Positions 17,795-27,255 are shown, numbered from the stretch's first letter. The stretch is DNA of 40,391 nt from a virus (IMGVR_UViG_3300038974_000627:1-40391), one strand, 5' to 3'. The notes: generated by a model not told the origin, from the letters alone. Made by a program: numbers and translations.

Positions 17795-18355
17795 GTGTAC
17801 AAAAGGTATTTCAGATGGAAAGACGCGAATTGTCATGGAATCGCCCCAGAATGGGTGGAAATGACCGGCAGAGAGTTTTTCCTCTTTACAAAATCTCCAG
17901 AATCCAAGGGACGATATTTTATTGAGATGGATGAGGAGGACATGGAACCAATCGTAATTGAGGCTACAACCGAAAAGTATATTGAGTGGCGTAAAGAGCT
18001 GCGGCGCCGCGCACGGCTGTCCAAATCTAAAATTGGTTTTACAACCATTTCTCTGTTTGGCTGTGAGTTCGATACCGATGGAAACGGCGAGGAACATATC
18101 CCAGATGACACACAGGATACAGAGGGCGCTGCAATGTGCAGCCTCCAAGAGGAAGCGCTTCACAGCGCCCTTTCTCTTTTGCTTCCCGAGGAACGCAGCC
18201 TAATAAATGAGTTATTCCTTTCGGATGCAAGGAAAACCATGCGTGAATTGGCGGCAATTGAGGAGCTGTCACATGTTGCTATCAGCAAGCGCAGCAAAAA
18301 AATTCTTAAAAAACTAAATTTTCTGGTTTCCAACTCGAGAAAAAAGCGGCAATAG
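17795..18355 (+). CDS. Sigma-70 region-4 (ECF-like) protein of mobile elements
   Basis: LHSALSLLLPEERSLINELF...TMRELA...SHVAISKR.KKILKKL. AAGGAG RBS before GTG. Confidence 0.85.
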   Translation: MYKRYFRWKDANCHGIAPEWVEMTGREFFLFTKSPESKGRYFIEMDEEDMEPIVIEATTEKYIEWRKELRRRARLSKSKIGFTTISLFGCEFDTDGNGEEHIPDDTQDTEGAAMCSLQEEALHSALSLLLPEERSLINELFLSDARKTMRELAAIEELSHVAISKRSKKILKKLNFLVSNSRKKRQ

Positions 18356-18422
18356 AGGGTGAGAGGGAAAAATGGGAGCAACCATCATGCCCCTCCATTG
18401 CTCTTTGAAAAACACTGCTTTA

Positions 18423-18727
18423 GGCGGTCATATCCGGCAAGTGCATAACGTCAGCGGACGAGCCTTAAACGGGAAAAGCGATGCGGAGGGTGCGCCATGA
18501 CCACCTGTGTGGATGGTAAATCCACATAAAAGACGGCCAAATAAGGTGCCCAGCGGTTCCCACCCATCCTAAAACAGCTTTGGCAAGCTGTTTCGCAATG
18601 TCCTCGTCCGCCTATAATGGTACCCCTGCCCAGCCACAGTCTCAAACAATGGGGGCAGCTCGGAGAGATCCTCGGAGGGGTGAGATTCCCGGAGTGCGGA
18701 GCCAACCGCAGTGCTTACTTGACCGCC
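18423..18727 (+). ncRNA. Candidate ~305-nt structured RNA downstream of the sigma-like gene
   Basis: Nested helices: 18423-30 with 18720-27, 18454-62 with 18603-11, 18508-14 with 18520-26, 18572-80 with 18585-93, 18626-31 with 18653-58. T-loop-like GGGTGAGATTCCC at 18678-18690. No credible ORF. Confidence 0.7.
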
Positions 18728-18880
18728 CACGGCTCGGGAAGTAGTGTCGAATGGAGCCATCAACGCGCAAAATAATTACAAATATGGAGGCCGCTCAGCA
18801 TGCGTTGAAACAAGCCTGTGCTTGTCCAACCAAAGAGCGGCCTCCATACCTACATATTACCAGATTTGGAGGTATAGCTC

Positions 18881-19276
18881 ATGGAACAAAACTATCATGA
18901 TTTTTACAGAGGCGAGATCTACTACGCCTATCTTGAACCGGCTTTCGGCCACGAACAGGGTGGGACTCGTCCAGTCCTCATACTTCAGAACGACGTTGGG
19001 AACTACTTCTCTCCGACACTCATAGTTACAGCAGCTACCACCCAGCGGCACAGGAAAAAGGATCTTCCCACTCATGTTGAGCTGTCAGATGTAGAAGGAC
19101 TTCCGGATATTTCGGTTTTTATGCTGGAAGTACTGCGAACCATTGATAAGCGCCGCATCCGCCGATATGCGGGGAAGCTCACTAAAGAACAGATGGCCAA
19201 GATTGACGAGGCACTACGTATCAGCCTGCGTTTGGACGAGGATGCCTACCTTCCCACAGAAGTGGAGGCCCCGTGA
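18881..19276 (+). CDS. PemK/MazF-family endoribonuclease
   Basis: RGEIYYAYL...GHEQGGTRPVLILQND.GN, LPTHV and E.LRTIDK.R. Confidence 0.93.
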   Translation: MEQNYHDFYRGEIYYAYLEPAFGHEQGGTRPVLILQNDVGNYFSPTLIVTAATTQRHRKKDLPTHVELSDVEGLPDISVFMLEVLRTIDKRRIRRYAGKLTKEQMAKIDEALRISLRLDEDAYLPTEVEAP

Positions 19277-20199
19277 TGAACACAGTTTTGAAGATAGACC
19301 CTGAGTTTGAGTCCATCTGCCCTTCTTTAACGGATGAGGAATATGCGCAACTCGAAGAAAACATTCTGACTGAGGGGCTAATCCTCATGCCGCTCATCGT
19401 ATGGGATGGAACCATCATCGACGGACACAACCGATACAAGATAGCCCAAGCGCATCCCGGCATTGAGTATCGAATACACGAAAAGCATTTCGTGAACCGC
19501 TATGAGGCAATCTCTTGGATATGCAAAAATCAATTAGGACGACGAAACCTTACTGATTTACAAAAGAAGATACTTATCGGCAGACAGTTTGAATCGGAGA
19601 AAGCGGCACATGGTGGAAACCGCAGTACAAGCCGCGATAGTAATGGACAGTTCACCGCAAAACCTCAAACGGAGGTTTTGCGGAACGAGACGACAAGTCA
19701 ACGCATAGCCCGTGAAAACAAAGTAGGTCACGCCTATGTAGAACGTGCAGGCGCATTTGTTCGGGGAATGGATGCAGCAGAGACTCTAATTCCTGGAATC
19801 AGTCAGGAAATCTTTACTGGCGTTATTAATCCATCTGCAAAGGATGTTGCAGCCATCGCTAAAGCCCCTCCCGAAGAAAGGCGTCAGAAGGCTGAGAAAC
19901 TGCGAGTCCCCAGGGAAAAGCCAACACCTCAGCCGATAGGCTCAAGAAAAGAAGCACGGCAGGAGTTGAAGGAAATCCGTGATATCTACGCAGATATGGT
20001 GCAAGGAGAGACTCCGACCCCGGCCAGTGAGGACTCCATCTTGGAAACGCTTCGAGGCGCTGTGACAGATATGATCCGTGTATGCGACACTCTTTTTTCT
20101 GATTTTCCACGTTTGCTGGAAGATAGCACATACAAGGCCAAAGTCATCGAAATCATGCAGGAGCCAAAACAGTATATTTTAGAAATTGAAGGAGAATGA
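19276..20199 (+). CDS. ParB N-terminal-like domain protein
   Basis: LTDEEYAQLEENIL.EG...PLIVW..IIDGHNRY and NQLGRRNL, followed by an HTH-like segment. Confidence 0.85.
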   Translation: MNTVLKIDPEFESICPSLTDEEYAQLEENILTEGLILMPLIVWDGTIIDGHNRYKIAQAHPGIEYRIHEKHFVNRYEAISWICKNQLGRRNLTDLQKKILIGRQFESEKAAHGGNRSTSRDSNGQFTAKPQTEVLRNETTSQRIARENKVGHAYVERAGAFVRGMDAAETLIPGISQEIFTGVINPSAKDVAAIAKAPPEERRQKAEKLRVPREKPTPQPIGSRKEARQELKEIRDIYADMVQGETPTPASEDSILETLRGAVTDMIRVCDTLFSDFPRLLEDSTYKAKVIEIMQEPKQYILEIEGE

Positions 20200-20978
20200 A
20201 CATGAAGCACACAGAAATGCCATATGAAATTATGCTCATCAGCAGCAAAGATCTCATTGTCCCCAAAGCTTATCAGCGGAGGCTTCGTCCATCGCGTGTC
20301 TCTCGTATCGTTTCTGAGTTTGACGAGCATATCGCCAATGAACCGAAGGTGAGTTTTCGTAATGGCTGTTATTACGTGTTCGACGGCCAGCATACCATCG
20401 CCGCCAGAGTAAAGATGAATGGCGGGCGAGATATTCTCATCAGGTGTAAAGTTTACCGTGGGTTGACCGAGAGCGATGAAGCTCTGCTCTTTGCCCAGCA
20501 GACTGGCGAGTCTGCTCCTCTGACTGCCAGTGCCGAGATGAGAGCGCTGATCTTTGCAGGAGATCCGGATGCAACTGCATTCCTTCGCGCCACAGAAGCT
20601 GCGGGCTTCCACCTTGGCTTTGAGCAAGGATGCGGTGCCAAGCGAATTATCTGCATCAACACCGCTTTCTCTGAATTCAAACGGGTCGGTGCAGAACTGT
20701 ACAAAGAGGCTCTTGCCATTCTTATGGCAGCGTGGGGCGGTGCCCCCGAGTCTTTACGGGCAGAGACACTGCTGGGTGTGCTTGCTTTTGTGGAGCTTTA
20801 TCATGGCGATTACAACCGAACCCGCCTTGTAAATAAGCTCCGCAATGTCGATCCAATCTCTATCTACCGTAGTGGCAGGTCGGACGTCAATCTCCCCGGC
20901 ACAAAGAAGTATCTCAATCAGGTCTATCGCATCTACAACGGTGCGAGCAGGAAAGGGACTCTTCCCATTAAGTTTTGA
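20196..20978 (+). CDS. ParB/Srx-superfamily protein (DUF6551-like)
   Basis: YQR, VFDGQHT and EALLF motifs. Confidence 0.75.
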   Translation: MNMKHTEMPYEIMLISSKDLIVPKAYQRRLRPSRVSRIVSEFDEHIANEPKVSFRNGCYYVFDGQHTIAARVKMNGGRDILIRCKVYRGLTESDEALLFAQQTGESAPLTASAEMRALIFAGDPDATAFLRATEAAGFHLGFEQGCGAKRIICINTAFSEFKRVGAELYKEALAILMAAWGGAPESLRAETLLGVLAFVELYHGDYNRTRLVNKLRNVDPISIYRSGRSDVNLPGTKKYLNQVYRIYNGASRKGTLPIKF

Positions 20979-21103
20979 CGCGGTCACTTGATATTAGAAG
21001 CCATGGGGGGCGCTCAGAAGGTTAGCCAAGCTATTTCCTTGGCAGCCAAAACGAGCGGCCCCTATTTTTGTGAGATCAAGAATCAAAAACGAGGAGGCAC
21101 AAA

Positions 21104-21265
21104 ATGGACAGTGAACGAATTGGAAAACTGAATATTGTGGAGTTTGCCGATCTTCTCCTGCTGATGAACCGCCTCATTGGGCTGGGACTCATTTCGGAGG
21201 AAGAAAAGGAACGCACAGCACGTCGAATCGCGTATGAGAATGAACTCTCACTTTTGTTAATTTAG
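21104..21265 (+). CDS. 53-aa small protein preceding the recombinase cassette (not in the ORF track)
   Basis: GAGGAGG RBS. Translation MDSERIGKLNIVEFADLLLLMNRLIGLGLISEEEKERTARRIAYENELSLLLI. GLISEEE is SHOCT-like. Confidence 0.7.
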   Translation: MDSERIGKLNIVEFADLLLLMNRLIGLGLISEEEKERTARRIAYENELSLLLI

Positions 21266-21330
21266 TGCGGTTTGGGTATAGCTTTTCCTGATCTTTGATG
21301 GTATTGTGTGTTGCTGAAGGGAGGGGTATT

Positions 21331-22929
21331 ATGACGGCAATCAGCACGGTAATCGGAGCGAATGCACTGGACAAAAACAGAGAGGTCATCTATATCGCTC
21401 CTAAAGCACAAGTCACGCCTATCAGACTGAGAGTCGCCGGTTATGCCCGAGTGAGCAGTGACAGCGATGACCAGCTCAACTCCTACGAAGCGCAACGGCG
21501 GTATTATGCTGACCTTATCATGTCGAATGCGAAATGGGAATATGTTGATGTGTACGCAGACGAGGCGGTCACTGGTACTTCTATCGAAAAGCGCGATGAT
21601 TTCAATCGCATGATGGCTGACTGCAGGCGGGGGAAAATCGACCGGATTATCACGAAGTCGACGAGCCGGTTCGCCCGAAATGTTATGGACTCCCTTGCAT
21701 CTGTCCGTGAATTGAAAGACATCGGCGTGTCCGTCTTGTTTGAAAAGGAGGGAATCGATACTGGTCTTATAACCAGTGAGGTTCTGCTTACGCTTTATTC
21801 CGCATTCGCACAGGAGGAATCGCAGAACATTTCGCAGAACAAAAAGCGCGGCAACAGAATGAGCATGAGGAATGGCGACTATGTGTCTTCCAGTGTTCCT
21901 TACGGTTACCGCCTTGTAGATAAGTTACCGCAAGTTTTTGAACCCGAGGCAGTCATCGTAAAGCGAATCTTTGAAGAGTACCTCTCCGGATGCAACGCCT
22001 ATGAGATTGCCAGAGGGCTGACTGAGGAAGGCATTCCACGCAAGGACGGTGGCGGCAGATGGCGACACAAAACCATCTACTCCATGCTGCGAAATGAGCG
22101 CTACATTGGGGATATGCTCCTCCAAAAGAATTTCAAGACCGATGAGTTGCCTTACAGAAAAGTCAAGAACCGTGGTGAGCTTGAAAAGATATACATATCC
22201 GGCACACACGAGGGAATAATCGATCCCATCTCGTTCAAGCTCGCCAATCTTCTCTTAGAGCAAAAACACAGCGGAGCATCCGGCATCGCAGAGCGCACAT
22301 TCCCTTGGAGTCTGAAAATAAGATGCGGCGAGTGCGGTAAATCATACCGTCGTCGTGTGACTAAGGGCAAGATATACTGGACTTGCCGTCTGCATGATGA
22401 AAGTAGCGATTACTGCGCTGCTGAACGAATTGCCGAGCCGGATATAGATATGGCGTTTGTACGGCTGTATAACAAGCTAAAAGCCAACAGCGAGAAAATC
22501 CTCGTGCCCATGCAGGAACAACTTGAGAAGCTGCGAGATTCTCGTTATATTAACAACCCGGAAATACAAACCATCAACAAACAAATAGCAGAACTCTCAG
22601 AGCAGAATCATGTGATGAACGGGCTTATGGCTCGAGGAATCCTTGATTCTGCTCTCTTTGTATCTCAGCAAGATGATATAAAGAGAAAATTAAGAGCACT
22701 GAAAATTGCTAAATCCAAGCTGCAAAGCGCCCGGGACGATGATGACATCATCGAAAAAACGGAAGACCTAATCGGCATCCTCGACGAAGGCCCTCCACAT
22801 ATCAGTGGCATGGACGAAACGCTGTGCTCAGATATAGTGGAACGGGTAACGGTCAACGGAGATACGCTGACTTTTCAGATAGCGAATGGATTGGAACTCA
22901 AAGAAAGATTAGTGAGGACGGTACGGTAA
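21331..22929 (+). CDS. Large serine recombinase
   Basis: YARVSS, SRFARN, recombinase domain PYGY, Zn ribbon CGECG...WTC, coiled coil. Confidence 0.95.
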   Translation: MTAISTVIGANALDKNREVIYIAPKAQVTPIRLRVAGYARVSSDSDDQLNSYEAQRRYYADLIMSNAKWEYVDVYADEAVTGTSIEKRDDFNRMMADCRRGKIDRIITKSTSRFARNVMDSLASVRELKDIGVSVLFEKEGIDTGLITSEVLLTLYSAFAQEESQNISQNKKRGNRMSMRNGDYVSSSVPYGYRLVDKLPQVFEPEAVIVKRIFEEYLSGCNAYEIARGLTEEGIPRKDGGGRWRHKTIYSMLRNERYIGDMLLQKNFKTDELPYRKVKNRGELEKIYISGTHEGIIDPISFKLANLLLEQKHSGASGIAERTFPWSLKIRCGECGKSYRRRVTKGKIYWTCRLHDESSDYCAAERIAEPDIDMAFVRLYNKLKANSEKILVPMQEQLEKLRDSRYINNPEIQTINKQIAELSEQNHVMNGLMARGILDSALFVSQQDDIKRKLRALKIAKSKLQSARDDDDIIEKTEDLIGILDEGPPHISGMDETLCSDIVERVTVNGDTLTFQIANGLELKERLVRTVR

Positions 22930-23771
22930 TGGCTAAGAACAGAATGCTCCCCTTTGGGTATCGGGTTGAAAGCGGTACCGTAAAGCTTAACGCTCTGGAA
23001 GCGGACACGGTGCGTCGTGTCTTCCGCGAATATGCAATGGGGTCTTCCTATAAGGCAATCGCCGACTCGCTCACAGCAGATGGCATATCCTACCCCCCCG
23101 CAAAGCCTGTGTGGAACAAGAACATGATTGCCCGTCTGGTTCAAAATGAGGATTATCTCGGTACCGATACCTACCCCTCCATAATTGAACATAATGAGTA
23201 TGCGGCTGCAAAAGCGGCACAAAAGCAACTGAATTATACTGAACCGCCTGCGCTTCGCAAAATTGGAAAGCTCCTTGTGTGCGGAGAGTGCGGCCAGCCC
23301 TTGGCGCGCCGCGTACACGCCAACGGACGAACACGTTGGTATTGTAAAAATGATAACCAGCACATCCCGAACGCTGTAACAGATGAGTTTCTGCTGGAAA
23401 CGGTCACCGCACTGCTCTACCGACTTAAGCAAAATCCTAATCTGGTAAAACCGAGCACAGACCGAATCCCAGAGTCAGCATTGAAGCTGGCGCGACTCCA
23501 GAATGAGATTAACGACATCCTCGCTCGCGAAGTCGCTGACGAGGCTGAGGTGAGGAAGTTAATCCTTAGATTAGCAACGGCAAAATATGAAGCCTGCGAT
23601 AATAACTCAGCCACAGCGCTTGCCCTTCAAGAACTACTGAAGGAACATCAGCACGAATCAGATCTGAACCCAGATGTTCTGATGGCAATAACTGATCAAA
23701 TCGTTGTCACCGCGACAGTGACCGTGTCACTGTCACTGAAAAGCGGAGAAACCATATCGGAAGGAGCATGA
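22929..23771 (+). CDS. Recombinase/Zn-ribbon protein lacking the catalytic resolvase domain
   Basis: Begins at PFGY. Contains Y.G...YPSII and CGECG...WYC. TAATG coupling to the upstream gene. Confidence 0.88.
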   Translation: MAKNRMLPFGYRVESGTVKLNALEADTVRRVFREYAMGSSYKAIADSLTADGISYPPAKPVWNKNMIARLVQNEDYLGTDTYPSIIEHNEYAAAKAAQKQLNYTEPPALRKIGKLLVCGECGQPLARRVHANGRTRWYCKNDNQHIPNAVTDEFLLETVTALLYRLKQNPNLVKPSTDRIPESALKLARLQNEINDILAREVADEAEVRKLILRLATAKYEACDNNSATALALQELLKEHQHESDLNPDVLMAITDQIVVTATVTVSLSLKSGETISEGA

Positions 23772-23774
23772 CAT

Positions 23775-25427
23775 ATGTCCGGCCCGGAAAGAGAAGTCAT
23801 TGTAATTCCCGCTACAATCCATCGTGGGAGCAGCAAGAAGCTCGACAGGCAGCTTAATGTTGCCGGATATTGCCGAGTATCGACAGAGCAGGATGAGCAG
23901 CTCATGAGTTATGAGACGCAAAAAAAGTATTATTCAGAGCTGATTGCAAGAACGCCTGAATGGTCTCTTGCGGGAATATATGCTGATTCCGGGATCAGTG
24001 GTGCAACTGCCGAAAAGCGACCGGATTTCATGAAGATGATTCGGCACTGCAAGGCCGGCAAAATCGACCTAATCATAACAAAGTCAATCAGCCGATTTGC
24101 CAGAAATACGCTGGACAGCATCGGTTATGTCCGTAAGCTCAAGGCGATGGGAATTGGCGTCCTGTTCGAGAAAGAGAATATCAACTCTCTCGACTGCACC
24201 AGCGAGGTCATACTCACAATCCTCTCCAGCCTTGCGCAGGAGGAATTGAACTCCCTGTCTTCTAACGTTAAGATGGGAAAACGCATGGCAATGAAGGAGG
24301 GCAAGGACTCGTTCCCGTACTCAACCATCTATGCCTTCAAAAAAGGTGATGATGGCAAACCGGAAATCATCCCGGAGGAAGCCGAGGTCGTCAGACGCAT
24401 ATACAGACGGTATCTTGCTGGTGACAGCATAATTGCCATACGGGATGCATTGGTGAGCGATGGCGTTCCGTCCCCACGAAAAAAAGAGGTATGGACAACA
24501 GCAACGGTCAGAAACATCCTTGAAAATGAGCGTTTCTGTGGGGATGTAATTCTCCAGAAAACCTATGTTACTGATCCAATCAGCAAAAAGGTCAAGAAGA
24601 ACAATGGCGAATTGCCGAAAGTTTTTATCAAGAACAACCACCCGGCGATTATCGAGCGTAGCGAGTTCGAACGCGTTCAACTGGAACACGCAAGGCGCAG
24701 TTCAAAAAGGAAAGTATCGGATAAGGCACAGACTGAGCTTGGAAAGTACAGCAGCATGTATGCGCTCACTGAAATACTTGTCTGCGGCGAATGCGGCACA
24801 CCCTACAAGAGAATCGTGTGGACTACAAGGGGTGTAAAGAAAACGGTGTGGCGCTGTACCAATCGCTATGACCACGGCACGAAATACTGTAAGAACTCAC
24901 CCACACTGGATGAAGAAAGTCTACACGAAGCCATAGTAAGAGCACTTTCAGCGACACGCAGGGAGCGTGCTTCATCAATAGCTTATCTCTCGAACCAACT
25001 TAGCCGCTCATTCGTACAGGTTAACCCAGAGAGTCTCTGCGCAGATCAGCTTGAAGACCAGATTAGAGTCCTGAAAGCACAGGTCATGGAATTAATGACT
25101 GAGAGCATCAGCAAAAACACACTTGCTGAAAACGAAGGCAGGCTCAAAGAGATGTCTGATAGCATAACAGCTCTAAACGAAAGACTGGAAAAGAAAAAAG
25201 AAGCAGATTTGAGTGATGGCGCCGTTGAGAGTCGCCTGTCAGCGATCACGGAAGCGCTGGCGCTGGAGCCAAACCAGATGGGCACATATGATGATAATCT
25301 GGTGCGGCAACTCATAGAAACGATCAAGGTAATAGACAGCGAGAAGCTGCTGATTACGTTTAAAGGCGGGATGCAGTTTGAGCAGGCCATAGCTCCAAAC
25401 ATCCGCAAGATACGGCACTGCCGATAA
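23775..25427 (+). CDS. Large serine recombinase
   Basis: YCRVST, SISRFARN, HPAII, CGECG...WRC. Confidence 0.95.
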   Translation: MSGPEREVIVIPATIHRGSSKKLDRQLNVAGYCRVSTEQDEQLMSYETQKKYYSELIARTPEWSLAGIYADSGISGATAEKRPDFMKMIRHCKAGKIDLIITKSISRFARNTLDSIGYVRKLKAMGIGVLFEKENINSLDCTSEVILTILSSLAQEELNSLSSNVKMGKRMAMKEGKDSFPYSTIYAFKKGDDGKPEIIPEEAEVVRRIYRRYLAGDSIIAIRDALVSDGVPSPRKKEVWTTATVRNILENERFCGDVILQKTYVTDPISKKVKKNNGELPKVFIKNNHPAIIERSEFERVQLEHARRSSKRKVSDKAQTELGKYSSMYALTEILVCGECGTPYKRIVWTTRGVKKTVWRCTNRYDHGTKYCKNSPTLDEESLHEAIVRALSATRRERASSIAYLSNQLSRSFVQVNPESLCADQLEDQIRVLKAQVMELMTESISKNTLAENEGRLKEMSDSITALNERLEKKKEADLSDGAVESRLSAITEALALEPNQMGTYDDNLVRQLIETIKVIDSEKLLITFKGGMQFEQAIAPNIRKIRHCR

Positions 25428-25444
25428 CGATACACAAGCAATTT

Positions 25445-25498
25445 CAAGAGCGCAAGAGCGCAAGGGCGCAATGTGTTTGCCTACATTGCGCCCTTGCG
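25445..25498. repeat. Three 8-bp direct repeats overlapping a 16-bp inverted repeat
   Basis: CAAGAGCG CAAGAGCG CAAGGGCG. CGCAAGGGCGCAATGT (25459-74) pairs with ACATTGCGCCCTTGCG (25483-98). Confidence 0.8.
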
Positions 25499-25609
25499 TT
25501 ATTTCTGTGGAATGGGAGACTTGCTATCCGAAAAGAGCGCGCAAAAACGGGAGGCTAATCCAGAGATTCGATTAGTCCCAGTGAAGATATATGATGTTGC
25601 CCTGCTTTG

Positions 25610-25933
25610 TTACGCGAGGCTCTCTTTTTTCTTTTCTATGCGATGAGATCGCAGCATGGTGAGCGCATCTTCGCGCGCACGCTCATCTGCCTCACGGGAA
25701 GCTGTGACCAAATCTGTTTCGTAGGCAGAAAGTGTAGATACAGTGATTTCCTCATTGCCAAGAAGATAATCAACCGTCACGCCGAAGAATGCGGCGAGTT
25801 TTAGAAGCATATCAATCGAGGGCTCTCGGTCGCCCGTCTCATATCTCGAATAAACAGTCGGAGCGCAATCAAGTTTCTCAGAAACAGCCTTCTGTGAAAG
25901 CCCCTTCTGTAAGCGAATTTCCTTAAGTCTCAT
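25610..25933 (-). CDS. XRE-family repressor (cI-like)
   Basis: LSQKAVSEKL...YSRYETGDREP...LAAFFGVTVDYLLG. Confidence 0.92.
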   Translation of the reverse strand: MRLKEIRLQKGLSQKAVSEKLDCAPTVYSRYETGDREPSIDMLLKLAAFFGVTVDYLLGNEEITVSTLSAYETDLVTASREADERAREDALTMLRSHRIEKKKESLA

Positions 25934-25963
25934 AGGCTCACCTCATCTCTACAATAATTATAT

Positions 25964-26051
25964 TGCCGCTCTGGTGCGTTGTAATCACCGATTTGGCATT
26001 TTTAGTATTGACAGCTTACCAATTTGGCATTATCATAATGCCGAGACGGTA
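25964..26051. promoter_or_regulatory. Four TGCC-N5-GGTR operators and a promoter between divergent HTH genes
   Basis: Sites at 25964-76 (+), 25986-98 (-), 26017-29 (-) and 26039-51 (+). TTGACA (26008) -17 nt- TATCAT (26031). Confidence 0.8.
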
Positions 26052-26071
26052 TGTGAGAGGGGCGATAACCT

Positions 26072-26290
26072 ATGAGCTGCATGCGAGATCAGCGAGAAGC
26101 TCGACATATGACGCAGCGAGAACTGGCAGAGGCTACAGGATTGTCTGCCGTCAGTATAAGCCGGTATGAAACTGGTGCGCGCACTCTCTCCGTAGCGAAT
26201 GCTAAGGTAATTGCCTCTGCCTTAAACACTGAGTGGATGAGCTTCTTCGAGGATAGCGACCACGAATCCGAAGGAGTTGAATGCATATGA
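26072..26290 (+). CDS. Cro-like HTH protein
   Basis: MTQRELAEATGLSAVSISRYETGAR. Confidence 0.9.
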   Translation: MSCMRDQREARHMTQRELAEATGLSAVSISRYETGARTLSVANAKVIASALNTEWMSFFEDSDHESEGVECI

Positions 26291-27255
26291 GCAAACCGCG
26301 TACCTATGCATTCTATTCGTCTGTAAAACCTAAAGCGGTTGACTGGCTGTGGTACCCATATATCCCATATGGAAAGCTTACGCTTCTGCAAGGCGATCCC
26401 GGCGAGGGTAAGTCGACAATAATGCTGAATATCGCGGCAGCGATTACCCAGGGCCGACCAATGCCTGACGGGTTTGCCTTTGGTGAGGCTCACAGCGTTG
26501 TGTACCAGTGCGCCGAGGATGACGCGGCAGATACTGTAAAGCCGCGGCTCATGGCTGCAGGCGCTGACTGCGGCAAGGTGGCGTATATCATTGATGAGGA
26601 CAGATCATTGACATTGGATGATAGCCGCCTCGAAAAAACGATAGCTCAGACACATGCCAGACTTCTTATCCTTGACCCGATACAATCCTTTCTTGCTCAA
26701 GACGGAGATATGCAAAGTGCTGGCAAGATGAGAAGCGTACTTAGCAAACTGTCCATGATAGCGGCTAAGCACAAATGCGCCGTTGTTCTCGTCGGACACA
26801 TGAACAAAACACAGGGCGGAAAAAACCTATATCGCGGTCTCGGCAGCATAGATATTGCGGCAATCGCCAGAAGCGTTCTCATGGTTACCAGAGACGAATC
26901 AGATCCGCAAATACGTTATCTGCATCCAATCAAATCAAGCCTCGCGCCAGAAGGCCCGCCCATCGGCTTCTCATTCGACAAGGAAACCGGCTTTCAATGG
27001 ATAGGGCCGTGCGAAGTCAATGTTCCCGGTGAGGAAATAGATGGGCAGATGGATGAGAGCAAAAGCGAGACAGCAATGCAGATGCTTCTGGAGTTGCTGT
27101 CCGAAGGCGATGCCCCCAGTGCCTCGATATTCTATAAAACGAACCAGATGGGCATATCCCGCAGAACGGTCCAGACCGTCAAAAAGGAACTTGGGATAAA
27201 GGCGTACAAAAAAGAAAACGCATGGTATTGGACGTTGCCAGAGGTGGTCAAATGA
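26287..27255 (+). CDS. AAA_25/RepA-like ATPase or helicase
   Basis: WLWYPYIP.GKLTLLQGDPGEGKS, AED, LLILDP, HMNK, GSIDI..ARS. C-terminal wHTH-like segment. Confidence 0.9.
   Translation: MSKPRTYAFYSSVKPKAVDWLWYPYIPYGKLTLLQGDPGEGKSTIMLNIAAAITQGRPMPDGFAFGEAHSVVYQCAEDDAADTVKPRLMAAGADCGKVAYIIDEDRSLTLDDSRLEKTIAQTHARLLILDPIQSFLAQDGDMQSAGKMRSVLSKLSMIAAKHKCAVVLVGHMNKTQGGKNLYRGLGSIDIAAIARSVLMVTRDESDPQIRYLHPIKSSLAPEGPPIGFSFDKETGFQWIGPCEVNVPGEEIDGQMDESKSETAMQMLLELLSEGDAPSASIFYKTNQMGISRRTVQTVKKELGIKAYKKENAWYWTLPEVVK

Noticed and set aside
18423-18727. Group II intron
   Set aside because: Only a T-loop-like motif is shared. No domain V and no RT ORF were found.
18451-19075. Short ORFs upstream of mazF as a MazE antitoxin
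   Set aside because: None resembles an AbrB or RHH antitoxin or has a convincing RBS. The region is better explained by RNA structure.
19986-20627. 213-aa minus-strand ORF and similar antisense ORFs across the window
   Set aside because: They overlap well-supported genes on the opposite strand and show no motifs.
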